DNA of 64,000 nucleotides from Octopus vulgaris (taxonomy: Eukaryota): NCBI GenBank assembly GCA_951406725.2, contig OX597817.1, positions 88,040,001 to 88,104,000 of the forward strand, read 5' to 3'. The notes beneath the pieces are model-generated. The model was not told the DNA's origin. It made no database searches and worked only from the letters and a program-made list of their open reading frames with translations. Shown here in pieces: positions 52,546 through 64,000 of this stretch (its first letter is position 1; each line of letters begins with the position of its first letter). Made by a program: the position numbers and the translations under genes.

Positions 52546-54596
52546 GAAGTTGTAGTAGTAGTAGTATGTTTGTGTTTCTTTGTCATGACATCATAGTTGT
52601 AAATGAATGCCACTGTCACTCATTTCCAACAATCTGTAAAACCATGTCTGCTTGGAGACAGGTGAGGGTTGACAACAGGAAGAGAGCATTTGCTTGGAAA
52701 CAGATGATGGTTAGCAACAGAAAGGGCATCTGGTTGAGAAAATCTGCCTCAATAAACTCATTTCAACCCATACAAGCATAGAAAGTAGATGTTAAAATAA
52801 TAATGCTGTTTGTGTAGATGTGTGTGTGTGTGCGCGTAAATATATGTATGTGTGTGTATGTAAGTATATATACAAGCACAAACAGCTGTGTTTTATAATA
52901 TATTTTATTTTTATTTATTCTATATGATACGGTTTATGTCTATCATTGTTTGAATTACATAATAGTGGTTTTTCTCTAATTTATATATATATTATATATT
53001 TATATTTGATTTGATTTTGATTTTTCCAGTTTCAGCTAATGAGCTGTGGCCATGCTGGGGCACCGCCATATTGTGAAATTTGACTTAGTATTAAATTGAA
53101 TTTTTCCCTGTAAGTTTGGAGTTATACTCCCTAGTATTATTGTTATATATATATATATATATAATGAGCTTTTTTCAGTTTCATTCTATTGAATCTATTC
53201 ATAAGACTTTGGTTGGCTTAGCAGCAGAGGACTCTTGCCCAAAACCTCATGGTTAGTAAGTGAACTTCTTAACCACACAGCCATGCCTATGTGTGTATGT
53301 ATTTATACACACATCATCATCATCATTTAAATATCAAATCGTTCCTGCTTGCATGTGCTGGATAAAATTCATTGAAGAAGATTCTCTACAACTAGACACA
53401 CTTCCTGTCACCAGTCTCACCTATTTCTAGGCAAAGAATTATTTCCCCCTAAACTGCATAGACCATATGCATATGAAACAATAATGCTGTGAAACTGCTG
53501 GAAATAAAACTTGGTCCCAATTTTTTTTTGGTGTTGGCTCAGCTGGGCAACAAGGGCAACATCCTTGCATCTGCCACTGTATATTGCATATGAATGTCTT
53601 TCTCTTGACATTGTTTCCTAAATGCAAATAAACATGTCATTTGTTTTTAATCATCTTGAAAACATGTTCAGTCTAGGGGTCTATTTGTAACAAATTGTGA
53701 TTCCCACCTTGTATAGTATTTTTGCGAAACTTTTGGGCAACAACCCAAAAAAAATCCTGGATCCCCTGATATATATACACACATACCCAACAGCTTCCTC
53801 CCCACCAGTTTCCATGTACACAACTCACTCACAAGGCTTTAGTCAGCTTGGGGCCAAAGTAGAAAACACTTGCCCAAGGTGACTTGCATTGGGACTGTGG
53901 TTATGAATGACAATATATATATATATATATATATTACCTTTTACTCATTTAAGTCATTTAACTGTGGAAATGCTGAGCACTGCTTTGAAGAATTTTTAGA
54001 TTTTTCTTTTGGTCAGCCAAAGGCTATAGAAGAAGACACATGCCCAATGTACCACACAGTAGAACTAAAGCTGGAACCATGTGATTGGGAAGCAAGCTTC
54101 ATACCACACAGCTATATCTGTGCCTAAAGCTTCTTACCACACAGCCATGTCTGTGCCTATATATATAAAAAAAACACTGTATTGAGTAGACTGTCAAATG
54201 TTGTTACACACTGCTGGTCACAATGCACTTCCAATTATGTTTTGATTATGCCATTCTTTTCCATCTTAACCCAAATTGCTTAACTAAACCATCTTCCCAT
54301 TGTCATGGAAGCCTTACAAGTAGTTTTTTCCAATCTCTTGGATATCATTCAGCGACTGCCACTCAGCATATATACATATATATTTCGCTTAGGCATTTTG
54401 AGATGAATAACCCATTGTAGAACTCAATATACATATGCTTCAGAACACAGTATTAGACCAGTATAGAGTGATAATAAGAAAATGAGATGACAAAGGAATA
54501 AATGATTATATTGTGAACTTCACTAGCTTACAGCTGTTTCTGCTATAAGATGCAGTGGGCTTATAGCTGAGTGCCTAAATATGAAGTGCCATTCAA

Positions 54597-54677
54597 AGCT
54601 CTGATGAAGTTATAAGGTGTTATTCAGGCACTCAACTCTGAGTACACTGCATCTTATAGCAAAAACAGCTGTAAGCT
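54597..54677 (+). ncRNA. Hammerhead-like motif with long stem II, G12 mutated to A
   Basis: AGCT-CTGATGA-A-GTTATAAGGTGT...GCATCTTATAGC-AAAAAC-AGCT-GTA-AGCT. The inverted arm near 54526-54555 retains GAAACAGCTGTA. Confidence 0.6.
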
Positions 54678-54933
54678 AATGAAGTGCATACAATAATCGT
54701 TTATTCCTTTGTCATCTCGTTTTCATATATATATATATTCTTTTACTTGTTTCAGTCATTTGACTGCAGCCATGCTGAAGCACCGCCTTTAGTCAAGCAA
54801 ATTGATCCCAGGACTTATTCTTTGTAAGCCTAGTACTTATTCTATCGGTCTCTTTTGCTGAACCACTAAGTTATGGGGACGTAAACTCACCAGCATAGGT
54901 TGTCAATCGATATAGAGACAAACACACACACAT

Positions 54934-54981
<48 letters not shown>

Positions 54982-55116
54982 GACAGGCTTCTTTTCAGTT
55001 TCCGTCTACCAAATCCACTCACAAGGCTTTGGTCAGCCTGAGGCTATAGTAGAAGACACTTGAACCTGGAACCATGTGTTGGTAAGCAAGCTACTTACCA
55101 CACAGCCAATCCTGTG

Positions 55117-55158
<42 letters not shown>

Positions 55159-55898
55159 CTGTTAGGGAGGGAAATGCAGCACACGTAACCTTTTAATTTA
55201 TCAGAGTCTCCAAGGCTATTATGGGCAAAGGAGAATGTTATTCTCAATCAGAATTAAATAGTTATGGCTGCTACCTTCCACCACTAACCAACAGTAGAAA
55301 AATGATTCTGTCTCCAACAAACATTCCATCATTAATGTGCCTGATTTGCCAAGGACTATTTCCACTGAACCTATGAAGCCTTCAAGATTAGAAAAGCACT
55401 TGAAAAGCTCTAACTGACAAACTAAAGACTTATCTAATTCAAAGCAATCTGATACAAGTTTTGCAACAGCCAATGTTGTCAAGTATGTTTAGAGTGGCAT
55501 TAATGCAAGAAAACATGTCACATGCCTCTTACAAAATTGTATTACTGATCACTAGAGATGCTGGTATGGTTGGGTGGTTAAGAAGTTTGTGTTTCGTAGC
55601 CACATGGTTCTAGGTTCAGTCCAACTGCATGGCACCTTGGGCGAATGTCTTCTACTATAGCCCTGAGCCAACCGAAGCGTTTTGAATAGATTTGGTAGCT
55701 GGAAACTGAAAGAAGTGTGTGAGTGTGAGTATACATAAATGACCTTGGGATTGCACCTAGAAATTTCCCCTTTGAGGCACAAGTTTGTTGAAGACCAGCA
55801 GTTATCCATGCATACCAGTCTCCCTGTCACAGATGTTGTTCAAGGGAAACACAAAAAAACTGATACAACCTGGCATATGTAGCATAGTAACTCATATA

Positions 55899-55961
<63 letters not shown>

Positions 55962-56519
55962 AATGACGAAAGGCCGAGACCTCTGGAGATATGCTGTGAT
56001 TGAGAAGATCCAGCAAGGAAAGTGAGATAACAGCTGTAGCCTACACCAGTGTCGCATGAACAGCCCATTTAAAAAGCACCTTTGATTCATCGGGCAACAT
56101 TCCATGCTTGAGGAGACCTATTGAGTCAAGTAAATCAAAATCAAATCAAATCACAATTGAATGGAAATTGTAGTTGTGGCCATTACCAGTGCTGGTGGCA
56201 CATGACAAGCACCATTTATTCATGCATGGGTCGCTACCAGAGCCACCTGACTGGCTCCCCATGCCAGTGACACGTAAAAAGCACCATCCAAACGAGGCTG
56301 ATACCAGTGCCGCCTGACTGGCTCCCATGCTGGTGGCATGTAAAAAGCACCCACTACACTCTCAGAATGTTGGTGTTAGAAAGGGCATCTGGCTGCAGAA
56401 ACATTACCAGATCAGAGTAGAGCCCTGTGCGGCCTCCTGGCTTGCCAATCTCCAGTCAAACCGTCCAGCCCATGCTAGCATGGAAAACGGACGTAAAACG
56501 ATGATGATGATGATGATAA

Positions 56520-56566
<47 letters not shown>

Positions 56567-57866
56567 TATACCATGATATCTGATACCTTGCTGTACTCAA
56601 GAAGATCCATCCAACACAACAAAATTGATACCAGTGCTGATGCCACATAAAAAAAACCACTTGTGCTGGTGTCACATAAAAAGCATCCAAACATTCTGGG
56701 AGTGGTTGGCATTAGAAAGGGCATCCAGCCATAGAAACCATGTCAGAACACACAATGGAGCCTGGTGCAGCCCCAGGCCTTACTGGCTCCAGTCAAACTG
56801 TCCAACCCATGCCAGCATAGAAACGAATGTTAAATGATGATGATGATGGTGTGTGTGTGTGTGTGAAAGCATGCATGCATGTGTGTGCATGGATATGTGT
56901 ATGTATGTTTGTGTTTCCTTGTCTTGACATTGCATAATAGTTGTAAATAATTGTCACTATTATACAAATGGTGTCCAATATTTATTTCCAATATTCTGCC
57001 AGAACATGTCAGGTCATGGTAAAATGCTATCTCCCTTTGGAAACAGAAAAGGCATCCAGCCATAGAAAATCTACCTCAATAAATTCAGTCCAACCTATGC
57101 AAGCATGAAAAAGTAAACATTAAAAAGATAGTGATGATGATGATTGCTAAATCCAGAAAAACCATATTGTATTAGTGAAGAACTGATGTTACCAGCTGTT
57201 AGAGAGATTCAACAAATTGTTAAGTTGTACAAATCAAAATAAAATTCCTTTGAGCCATGACAATTTCTTGAAAGATGCCCAATTTCCCTTTCAACTGGAT
57301 GAATGAACTCTACAAAGGACTGAAATTTTACTGTAAACCACATTCCATTCCAAAAACAAAAAGAAGTGAAATAAAAAAAATAAGTCAAGGGTTACCCAAA
57401 TATTTGGTAATAGATACTAAAAGAAAATTGATGTCATTTTGTGGAACAGTTTTTTTTAACCTTTTGCCATTTAAACCAGCCATATGTGGCCCAAATATTG
57501 TTTTATGTTAAAACTGACCAGATCTATCCTCTCATATACATAATTGGGATATATATGCTTCTCCCTTGTTAAAGGGTCAAGTAGTATTAAAATGTTAAGG
57601 TGTATCATGGATATGTGTTGTTCCCTTATTAAAACCACTTCACCGAGCTTCTGTTGCATTGCAGAGAAGTTTCATTAAATCCTGGTTTAATTGAAGATAA
57701 TGAGGATGGCCTTGATAAAATGATCTTGAGTAGATTATTAACTCTTTAACTGCAAAATTAGATTTCATTGTTACTCCAGTAATAATGTTTGTTAACCCTT
57801 TTGTTACCATATTTTTGTTGAGATACTCTGTGTTTCTTTCAATTAATTTTAAATATAACAAAAAAT

Positions 57867-59039
57867 AGCCTGGGCAAAGTTTAGAAAGTTTCTTCCCCTA
57901 CTGGCAACAAAAGGTCTCTCGCTCAGAGTGAAAGGTAGATTGTATGACGCATGTGTGCAAATTGCCATGCTTCACAGCAGTGAAACATGGGCTGTGACTT
58001 CGGAGGACATGCATAGGCTCGAAAGAAATGAAGCTAGCATGATCCGCTGGATGTGTAATGTCAGTGTCCATGCACAACAGAGTGTAAGTGCCCTGAGAGA
58101 AATGTTGGACATAAGAAGCATCGGATATGGCATGCAGGAGAGACGTTTGCATTGGTATGATCATGTACTATGGATGGATGAGGAGAGATGTGTGGAGAAG
58201 TGCCACTCCCAAACTGTTGAAGGAATCCAGGGTAGAGGTAGACCCAGGAAGACATAGGATGAAGTGGTCAAGCATGACCTTCAAACGTTGGGCCTCACAG
58301 AGGCTAGGACGAAAGACTGAAACCTCTGGAGATATGCTGTGACTGCGAAGACTGGACAAATGAAGTGAGTTCATGGCTCGCAGGACGGCCTGCTGTGCTA
58401 ACCTTGGATCGTAGGGCGACCTGCTGTGCTTGAGGAGACCTATTGAGTCAAGTACATCAACATCAAAATAAAAATCAAATAGATATTATAGTTGTGATAC
58501 CCGTGCCGATGGAACGTTGGGTCTCAGAGGAAATGACGAAAAACCGAGATCTCTGAGATATGGTGTAACTATGAAGACCCGACAAATAAAGTGAGTTCAT
58601 GGCTCGCAGGAGACCCTGCTGTGCTAACCTTGGATCGTAGAGTGACCCACTGTGCTTGAGGAGACCTATTGAGTCAAGTATATCAACATCAACATCAAAA
58701 TAAAAATCAAATGGAAATTGTAGTTATGATACCCATGCCGGTGGCACATCCAAATGTGACTGATGCCAGCGCCCCCTGACTGGCATCCGTGTTGGTGACA
58801 CGTAAAAAGCACCAACCGACCATGGTCGTTTGCCAGCCTCCTCTGGCCCCTGTGCTGGTAGCACATAAAAAGTACCCACTACACTCATGGAGTGGTTGGC
58901 GTTAGGAAGAGCATCAAGCTGTAGAAACACTGCCAGATCAGACTGGAGCCTGGTGCAGCCTCCTGGCTTCCCAGGCCCCGGTCGAACAGTCCAGCCCATG
59001 CTAGCATGGAAAATGGACGTTAAACGATGATGATGATGA
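57867..59039 (+). mobile_element. 5'-truncated RTE LINE (ORF end, 3' UTR, (GAT)n tail) inserted in a piggyBac-type MITE
   Basis: AWAKFR..KGRLYDACV..HSSETW..RRLHWY.HV..RGRPRKT; ends GTTAAACGATGATGATG. Confidence 0.9.
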
Positions 59040-61698
59040 ATTAGTAAAATAATTTAGTTTATCATTAAGCTAGTATTAGGAACATAAATTGTGACTAAGG
59101 TTTGGTGGAAGATTTTAATTCAGAACTTTTGAAAACAAGACATTTGTACTACAGAGCCAGAGGCAGTTCCAGGCGGGTTGGTATCAAAAGGGTTAAACAA
59201 CAAGCAAAAAAAAGAACTGGCATTTTCTGCAAATCACATTGTTTTAATAAACTTGACATATCTCAACAAAAACAATTTCAAATATGACATTCTTCAACAA
59301 AAGACAGAATCATATATTGAACAGCTTTCTACAGTTAAGGATAAAGATTTCCACAGTATTTTACTGTGGGTTAATTAATGTTTTGAGGGAGATTGGAAGG
59401 CTTGTAAATATACTGTAGTTTTTTGGGGAGGCAGATGATGCCATCATCGTATCATCATTTAACATCCGTCTTCCATTAAGGCATGGGTTGGATAGTTCAT
59501 CACAATCTATTAGGTTAGAGGACTGCATCTACAAAGAGTAATTCATTTAATAGTAACACCAACGAATTTAACAATCTTTTTCCTCAACAGCAGTAGAAAA
59601 TCTGTGGGTTATAAAAAAAAATGATTAAGGATTAAGAGCACAGAGTCCACCAATGTAGCAAACTTACATAGAATCCTTAGCTACATTAAAGGGTTTAGTG
59701 TTTTGTTTTTATTTTATTTTTAATATCCAGGTGGAGCAGGCAAGGCTCTGTGGTCTTTTAAAAAATTTGCTTCCTAACTACATAATTTGGGGCTCAGTCC
59801 AACCTTTGTGTACGGATTTGGTACATATAAAGTGAAACAAGCCAGTCGTGTGTGTGTGTGTGTATTTGTGTCAGTCATTTTGCTTTGAGAACATACAGTG
59901 GCTGTAAACGAGCGCCACCGTCATATAAGTGGTGTCCTTTGTTTTATATCTTCCAAGAAAACAGATCAGCAATGGGGAAATATTAACTTACTTGGAAACA
60001 GATGAGGGTTGGCAACAGAAAGGGTATCCAACCACAGAAAATCCGCCTCAATGAATTCTGTCACACTTATGCAAACATGGAAAAGTGAACGTTAAAACGA
60101 TGATGATGATGGGGCATTAATGTAGAAGAGGAGAGATTTTCTGTTGGATACCAAAATTCAATAGGTTTGATGATTGGAATGGTCTGAAGATAATCTATTG
60201 GTTTGGTGACAGATTAGTAACTATACTATCTCCTTTTTAACGTTAATCGCATCCCCTAACACATCTCCACAAGACAAACTTCCATCCCCAAATTAAATAC
60301 TGGCCACTGTCCATCAGTATTGCCATTCTCATTCTCGCAACTAGACCCTCCCATTTGAACAAATTTCTTCCTCACTGCACAAGATAGATACTTAAAATTT
60401 GTCGCTCGCCTTCCCGTTTCACAGTTTAAATAAGATCCGATGAGACTTCGAAGTCACTGTCAATAAAATTGTAATATAAGAAACTACACATGAACTGAGT
60501 CTTTTATTCAGTGAATGTTCGTTGTTGTTATTCGTGTGAAAATATTTTAACTGTATAAGTGCTGTATGTATGTGTGTATATATTCATATGTGTGGATGGA
60601 TGGATGGATGAATAGATAGATAGATAGATAGACACACATACAAGCAAACATACGCGTGTTTCACGATAATTGCATTCAATCACACATATATATATTCTGG
60701 GCATGATTCGTAATTTGTTTTAATTTATCCATAGTAAACTGTAAAGATGTTTAGAGTAAACTAATTTGGAGCGGGGAAAAAGCTGGAATTATTCCGAAGT
60801 AAAATAGATGGCGAAAAAACAACCCTTTCACTGTCAGAAACAACATTTGTAATCGATACAACCACTCTAAAATAAAATGTAGGAAATTATACTAAAAGAA
60901 AAGACTACTGCTATCGAATTTGGTGTCTAAGATTTTCCATTTCTGCAATTGATATTTTTTTCATCCTCCAAGTTTCCACATTTGATAAATAATAGAGAAT
61001 ATTTTTCTTATATATATATATATATATATATATCGTGATACCAGTAAAGGACGTTGTTACAATGTATAATTTCACCTAAACAATACGGGTAGAGAAATGT
61101 ACAAAACCACTAACAACAGACAATTTATATGTATGTATACGTAGACATCGTCTGTATGTGCGTATATATATATATATATATAAATAACTGGGCAACTGAG
61201 GTAGGTATATTAGTGAAAAAATCACCAAGAACATTCAGTTGTCGGATATATTTATATATATTAGTGTGAACAAAATATATGCACCCTACAATCAGGTGGA
61301 TTATTTACTACGATTTTACCTTAAGTCACCATTAAACAATAACTATCACTTTCTTTCATTCATTATTTTATAAAAGGGTTGTGATCTATTATTTCCCTCC
61401 AAACGAAAATGAAATACTGTTTTCAAAATAACAACATTCAATGCTAATCAAAATATAATTGCATGCAATTAATTCCATTTACATATGTACATTTATGAGT
61501 GTGTGTGTATTCCGAATTTCTAATATACATATGTCTATATATATATATATGTGTGTGTGTATGTGTGAATGTGTATCAGTGTGAGAGAGAATATTGGTTT
61601 CTTGAATGTTAAAGGACCAAGGAATAAATTATAAAAATGACTGAAGATCAAACTGCGTAAATGCTGAAATATATATAAGCGAAGTAGAAATATCTTAC

Positions 61699-61734
61699 TC
61701 TTGTTTTCGTCTTCGGGCGTGCTGCCTCCGCCAT
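61699..61734 (-). CDS. EPG5: EPG5 coding exon 1 (MAEAARPKTKTR)
   Basis: ATG at 61734 gives MAEAARPK, resembling the human EPG5 N-terminus MAEAVKP. GTAAGA donor at 61698; phase 0 matches exon 2. Too short for the ORF track. Confidence 0.85.
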
Positions 61735-62050
61735 GATTACTGTTTACATATCACATGTTGTCGTTATTCTCTCGATCTCTCTCTCACTCTCTCTTTCTCA
61801 CTCTCTCTCTCTCACTCTCACTCTTTCACTCTCACTCTCTCTCACTTTCTCTCAACTTCTCTGGCTCTCTCTCACCCTATCTATTGTTCTTTCGCTCTCT
61901 CTGTCTCCGTCTCTATATTTCTACCTATCTCTCTCCTACGACTGTGCTGTCCTCTCTTCACATCTCTAATACCATAATAACCACCACCGCTACCACAATA
62001 GAGACAACGAAGGAGATACTACGCAGCATTTGCTAGAAATGGCAGCCAAA
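61735..62050 (-). promoter_or_regulatory. Probable EPG5 5' UTR / proximal promoter with GA-rich tract
   Basis: Immediately upstream of the ATG, with visibly more CpG than the introns and a long imperfect (GA)n on the sense strand. The TSS cannot be located from sequence. Confidence 0.45.
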
Positions 62051-62706
62051 TCTTCTTCAAATCACATACTTCTGTCAATATAGAATATATTAGATCATAA
62101 CATAGTGTTACATGGCTTGCATAAAAGACGGTATGGACATAGCCAAATCTACTCGATCATCGTTAAACTAGGGCTCCAATTAATAGCAGACGAAGTAATA
62201 TCCTGGTCGAATCAACAGAGAAAGCCTCTTTAGAGTTGGTCGTCTGCTAGAAATATCAACCAAATCTCCCACCGTTTTGTAAAGAGAGGGACACGTTAAA
62301 TAATGTAGTCGTAGATATTCAAAAGATGAATTGGCCTTGACTAGAACACCATTGCTGCGAATTCTGCTCAGTTATAATTAACACGGGGCTAAATAACAAT
62401 ATATCCAGACTGAGAGAACTGCAATAAGTGTTGAAGAAGGGTTCTAAGAAAAATAAGAAGTATCAGTTTATTATATAATGTCTCTATCACATATAATAAG
62501 CATTTCAGTTCGGGCAGACACAGAAAAAGAATTCGGGTCAGTAAACAGTGTATCAGCATTTCCACGAATTTTAAATATAATGAAAATAACTGCATCTAAT
62601 TTATTTTAGCAGCGAAATTATCTCGCGTGTACAAGGTCAGATCATTATTAGCACCCACCCACCTCCGCCATTCCCCCACCCACAACGGACAGACATGAAA
62701 ACACTG

Positions 62707-62945
62707 ATGTATGTATGTATGTATGTATGTATGTATGTATCTATGTATGTATGCATGCATGCATGCATGCATGCATGTATGTATGTATGTATGTATGTAT
62801 GTATGTATGTATGTATGCATGCATGCATGCATGCACGCATGCATGCATGTATGCATGTATGTATGTATGTATGTATGGAAGGACGGACGGATGGATGGAT
62901 GTATATATATATATATATATATTTATATATTTGCATACATATAAC
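62707..62945. repeat. Compound (ATGT)n/(ATGC)n/(TA)n microsatellite; many other (TA)n, (GA)n, (CA)n and (CAT)n tracts throughout
   Basis: Direct reading. Confidence 0.95.
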
Positions 62946-63284
62946 TAACTGTCCGACGAACGATAACATAAAACTTTGAGTAGCACTTTGTGGAGATTTT
63001 ATTCTACCTTCAGTGTTTGAATAATATTATTTTCCACCTTGTTTTGCACTTATGTACTTATTCGTGTGTGTATATATTATCTTTTATTCCCTTCACTAGA
63101 CACCGCCTTGAAGAATTTTTAGTCGAATGAATCGATCCAAGTACTTATTGTTTTTTTTAAAGCCTGGTACTTATTCTGTCGGTCAGTTTTGTCGAACTGC
63201 TAAGTTACGGGGACGTAAACATACTGACACCTGTTGTCAAGCGGTAGTGGGGTACAAACACAGACACAAACACACACATATTAT

Positions 63285-63838
63285 CATCACCATCATCGTT
63301 TAACGTCCGTTTTCCATGCTAGCATGGTTTGGACGGTTCGACTGGGGTCTGGGAAGCCAGGAGGCTGTACCAGGCTCCAGTCTGATCTGACAGTGTTTCT
63401 ACAGCTGGATGCACTTCCTAACGCCAACCACTCCGTGAGTGTAGCGGGTGCTTTTTACATGCCACCGGCACAGGAGGCAGAGGAGGCTGGCAAACGGCCA
63501 CGATCGGTTGGTGCTTTTTACATGTCACCGACAAGGACGCCAGTCAGGCGGCGCTGACATCAGCCACATTCGGATGGTACTTTTTACGTGCCACCAGCAC
63601 GGGTATCTTAACTACAATTTCCATTTGATTTTTTTTTTTATGTTGGTGTTGATGTACTTGACTCAATAGGTCTCCTCAAGAACAGCGGGTCACTCTATGA
63701 TCCAAGGTTAGCACAGCAAGCCATCCTTCGAGCCATGAACTCACTTCATTTGTTGGGTCTTCATAGTCACAGCATATCTCAGAGGTCTCGGTCTTCGTCA
63801 TTTCCTCTTTGAGGCCCAACGTGCCACCAGCACAGGTA
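63285..63838 (-). mobile_element. RTE 3' UTR copy; related tail copies at 9450-9900, 18316-18560, 25770-26105, 48075-48352, 55961-56520
   Basis: Reverse complement of about 58500-59039 including the (GAT)n tail. Confidence 0.85.
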
Positions 63839-64000
63839 TCATATGCATATATATATATATATATATATATGAAGGCCTTCTTTCAGTTTCCATCTACCAA
63901 ATTCACTCATAAAGCTTTGACCAATCCAAGGCTATAGTAAAAGACACTTATCCAAGGTGCCACACAGTGGGACTGAACCAGCAACCGTGTGGTTGGAAAG

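Noticed and set aside
60424-60450. CCGATGAGACTTCGAAGTC hairpin as a ribozyme
   Set aside because: It is only a short palindrome with no complete core.
62596-62979. Short ORFs rich in YI, CV, LS or HT dipeptides here and throughout
   Set aside because: They are translations of microsatellites and SINEs.

Overview
AT-rich, repeat-dense animal genomic DNA; the SINE, RTE-tail and microsatellite content looks like an octopus (inferred from repeats, not proven). The window holds the 5' part of one protein-coding gene on the minus strand, an EPG5 ortholog (autophagosome-lysosome tether). I traced 14 coding exons (3069 nt, 1023 codons) from the ATG at 61734 down to 1252, all GT-AG with consistent phases. 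The first intron is 27.7 kb and the gene runs off the left edge. The introns contain one tRNA-Ile(AAT) gene and many elements: tRNA-derived SINEs, RTE and RLE-type LINE remnants, an L1/Tx1-like ORF1 remnant, Penelope-like GIY-YIG remnants, Tc1/mariner, piggyBac and Tigger-type MITEs, and Helitrons. The main non-obvious signals are: (1) a set of hammerhead-ribozyme-like motifs, two beside Penelope remnants and several inside fold-back palindromes, including long-stem-II and U3-A8 core variants; (2) an inverted Helitron pair enclosing exon 4 and the tRNA gene; (3) a near-perfect 355-bp tandem array. All folding and family calls were made by eye.
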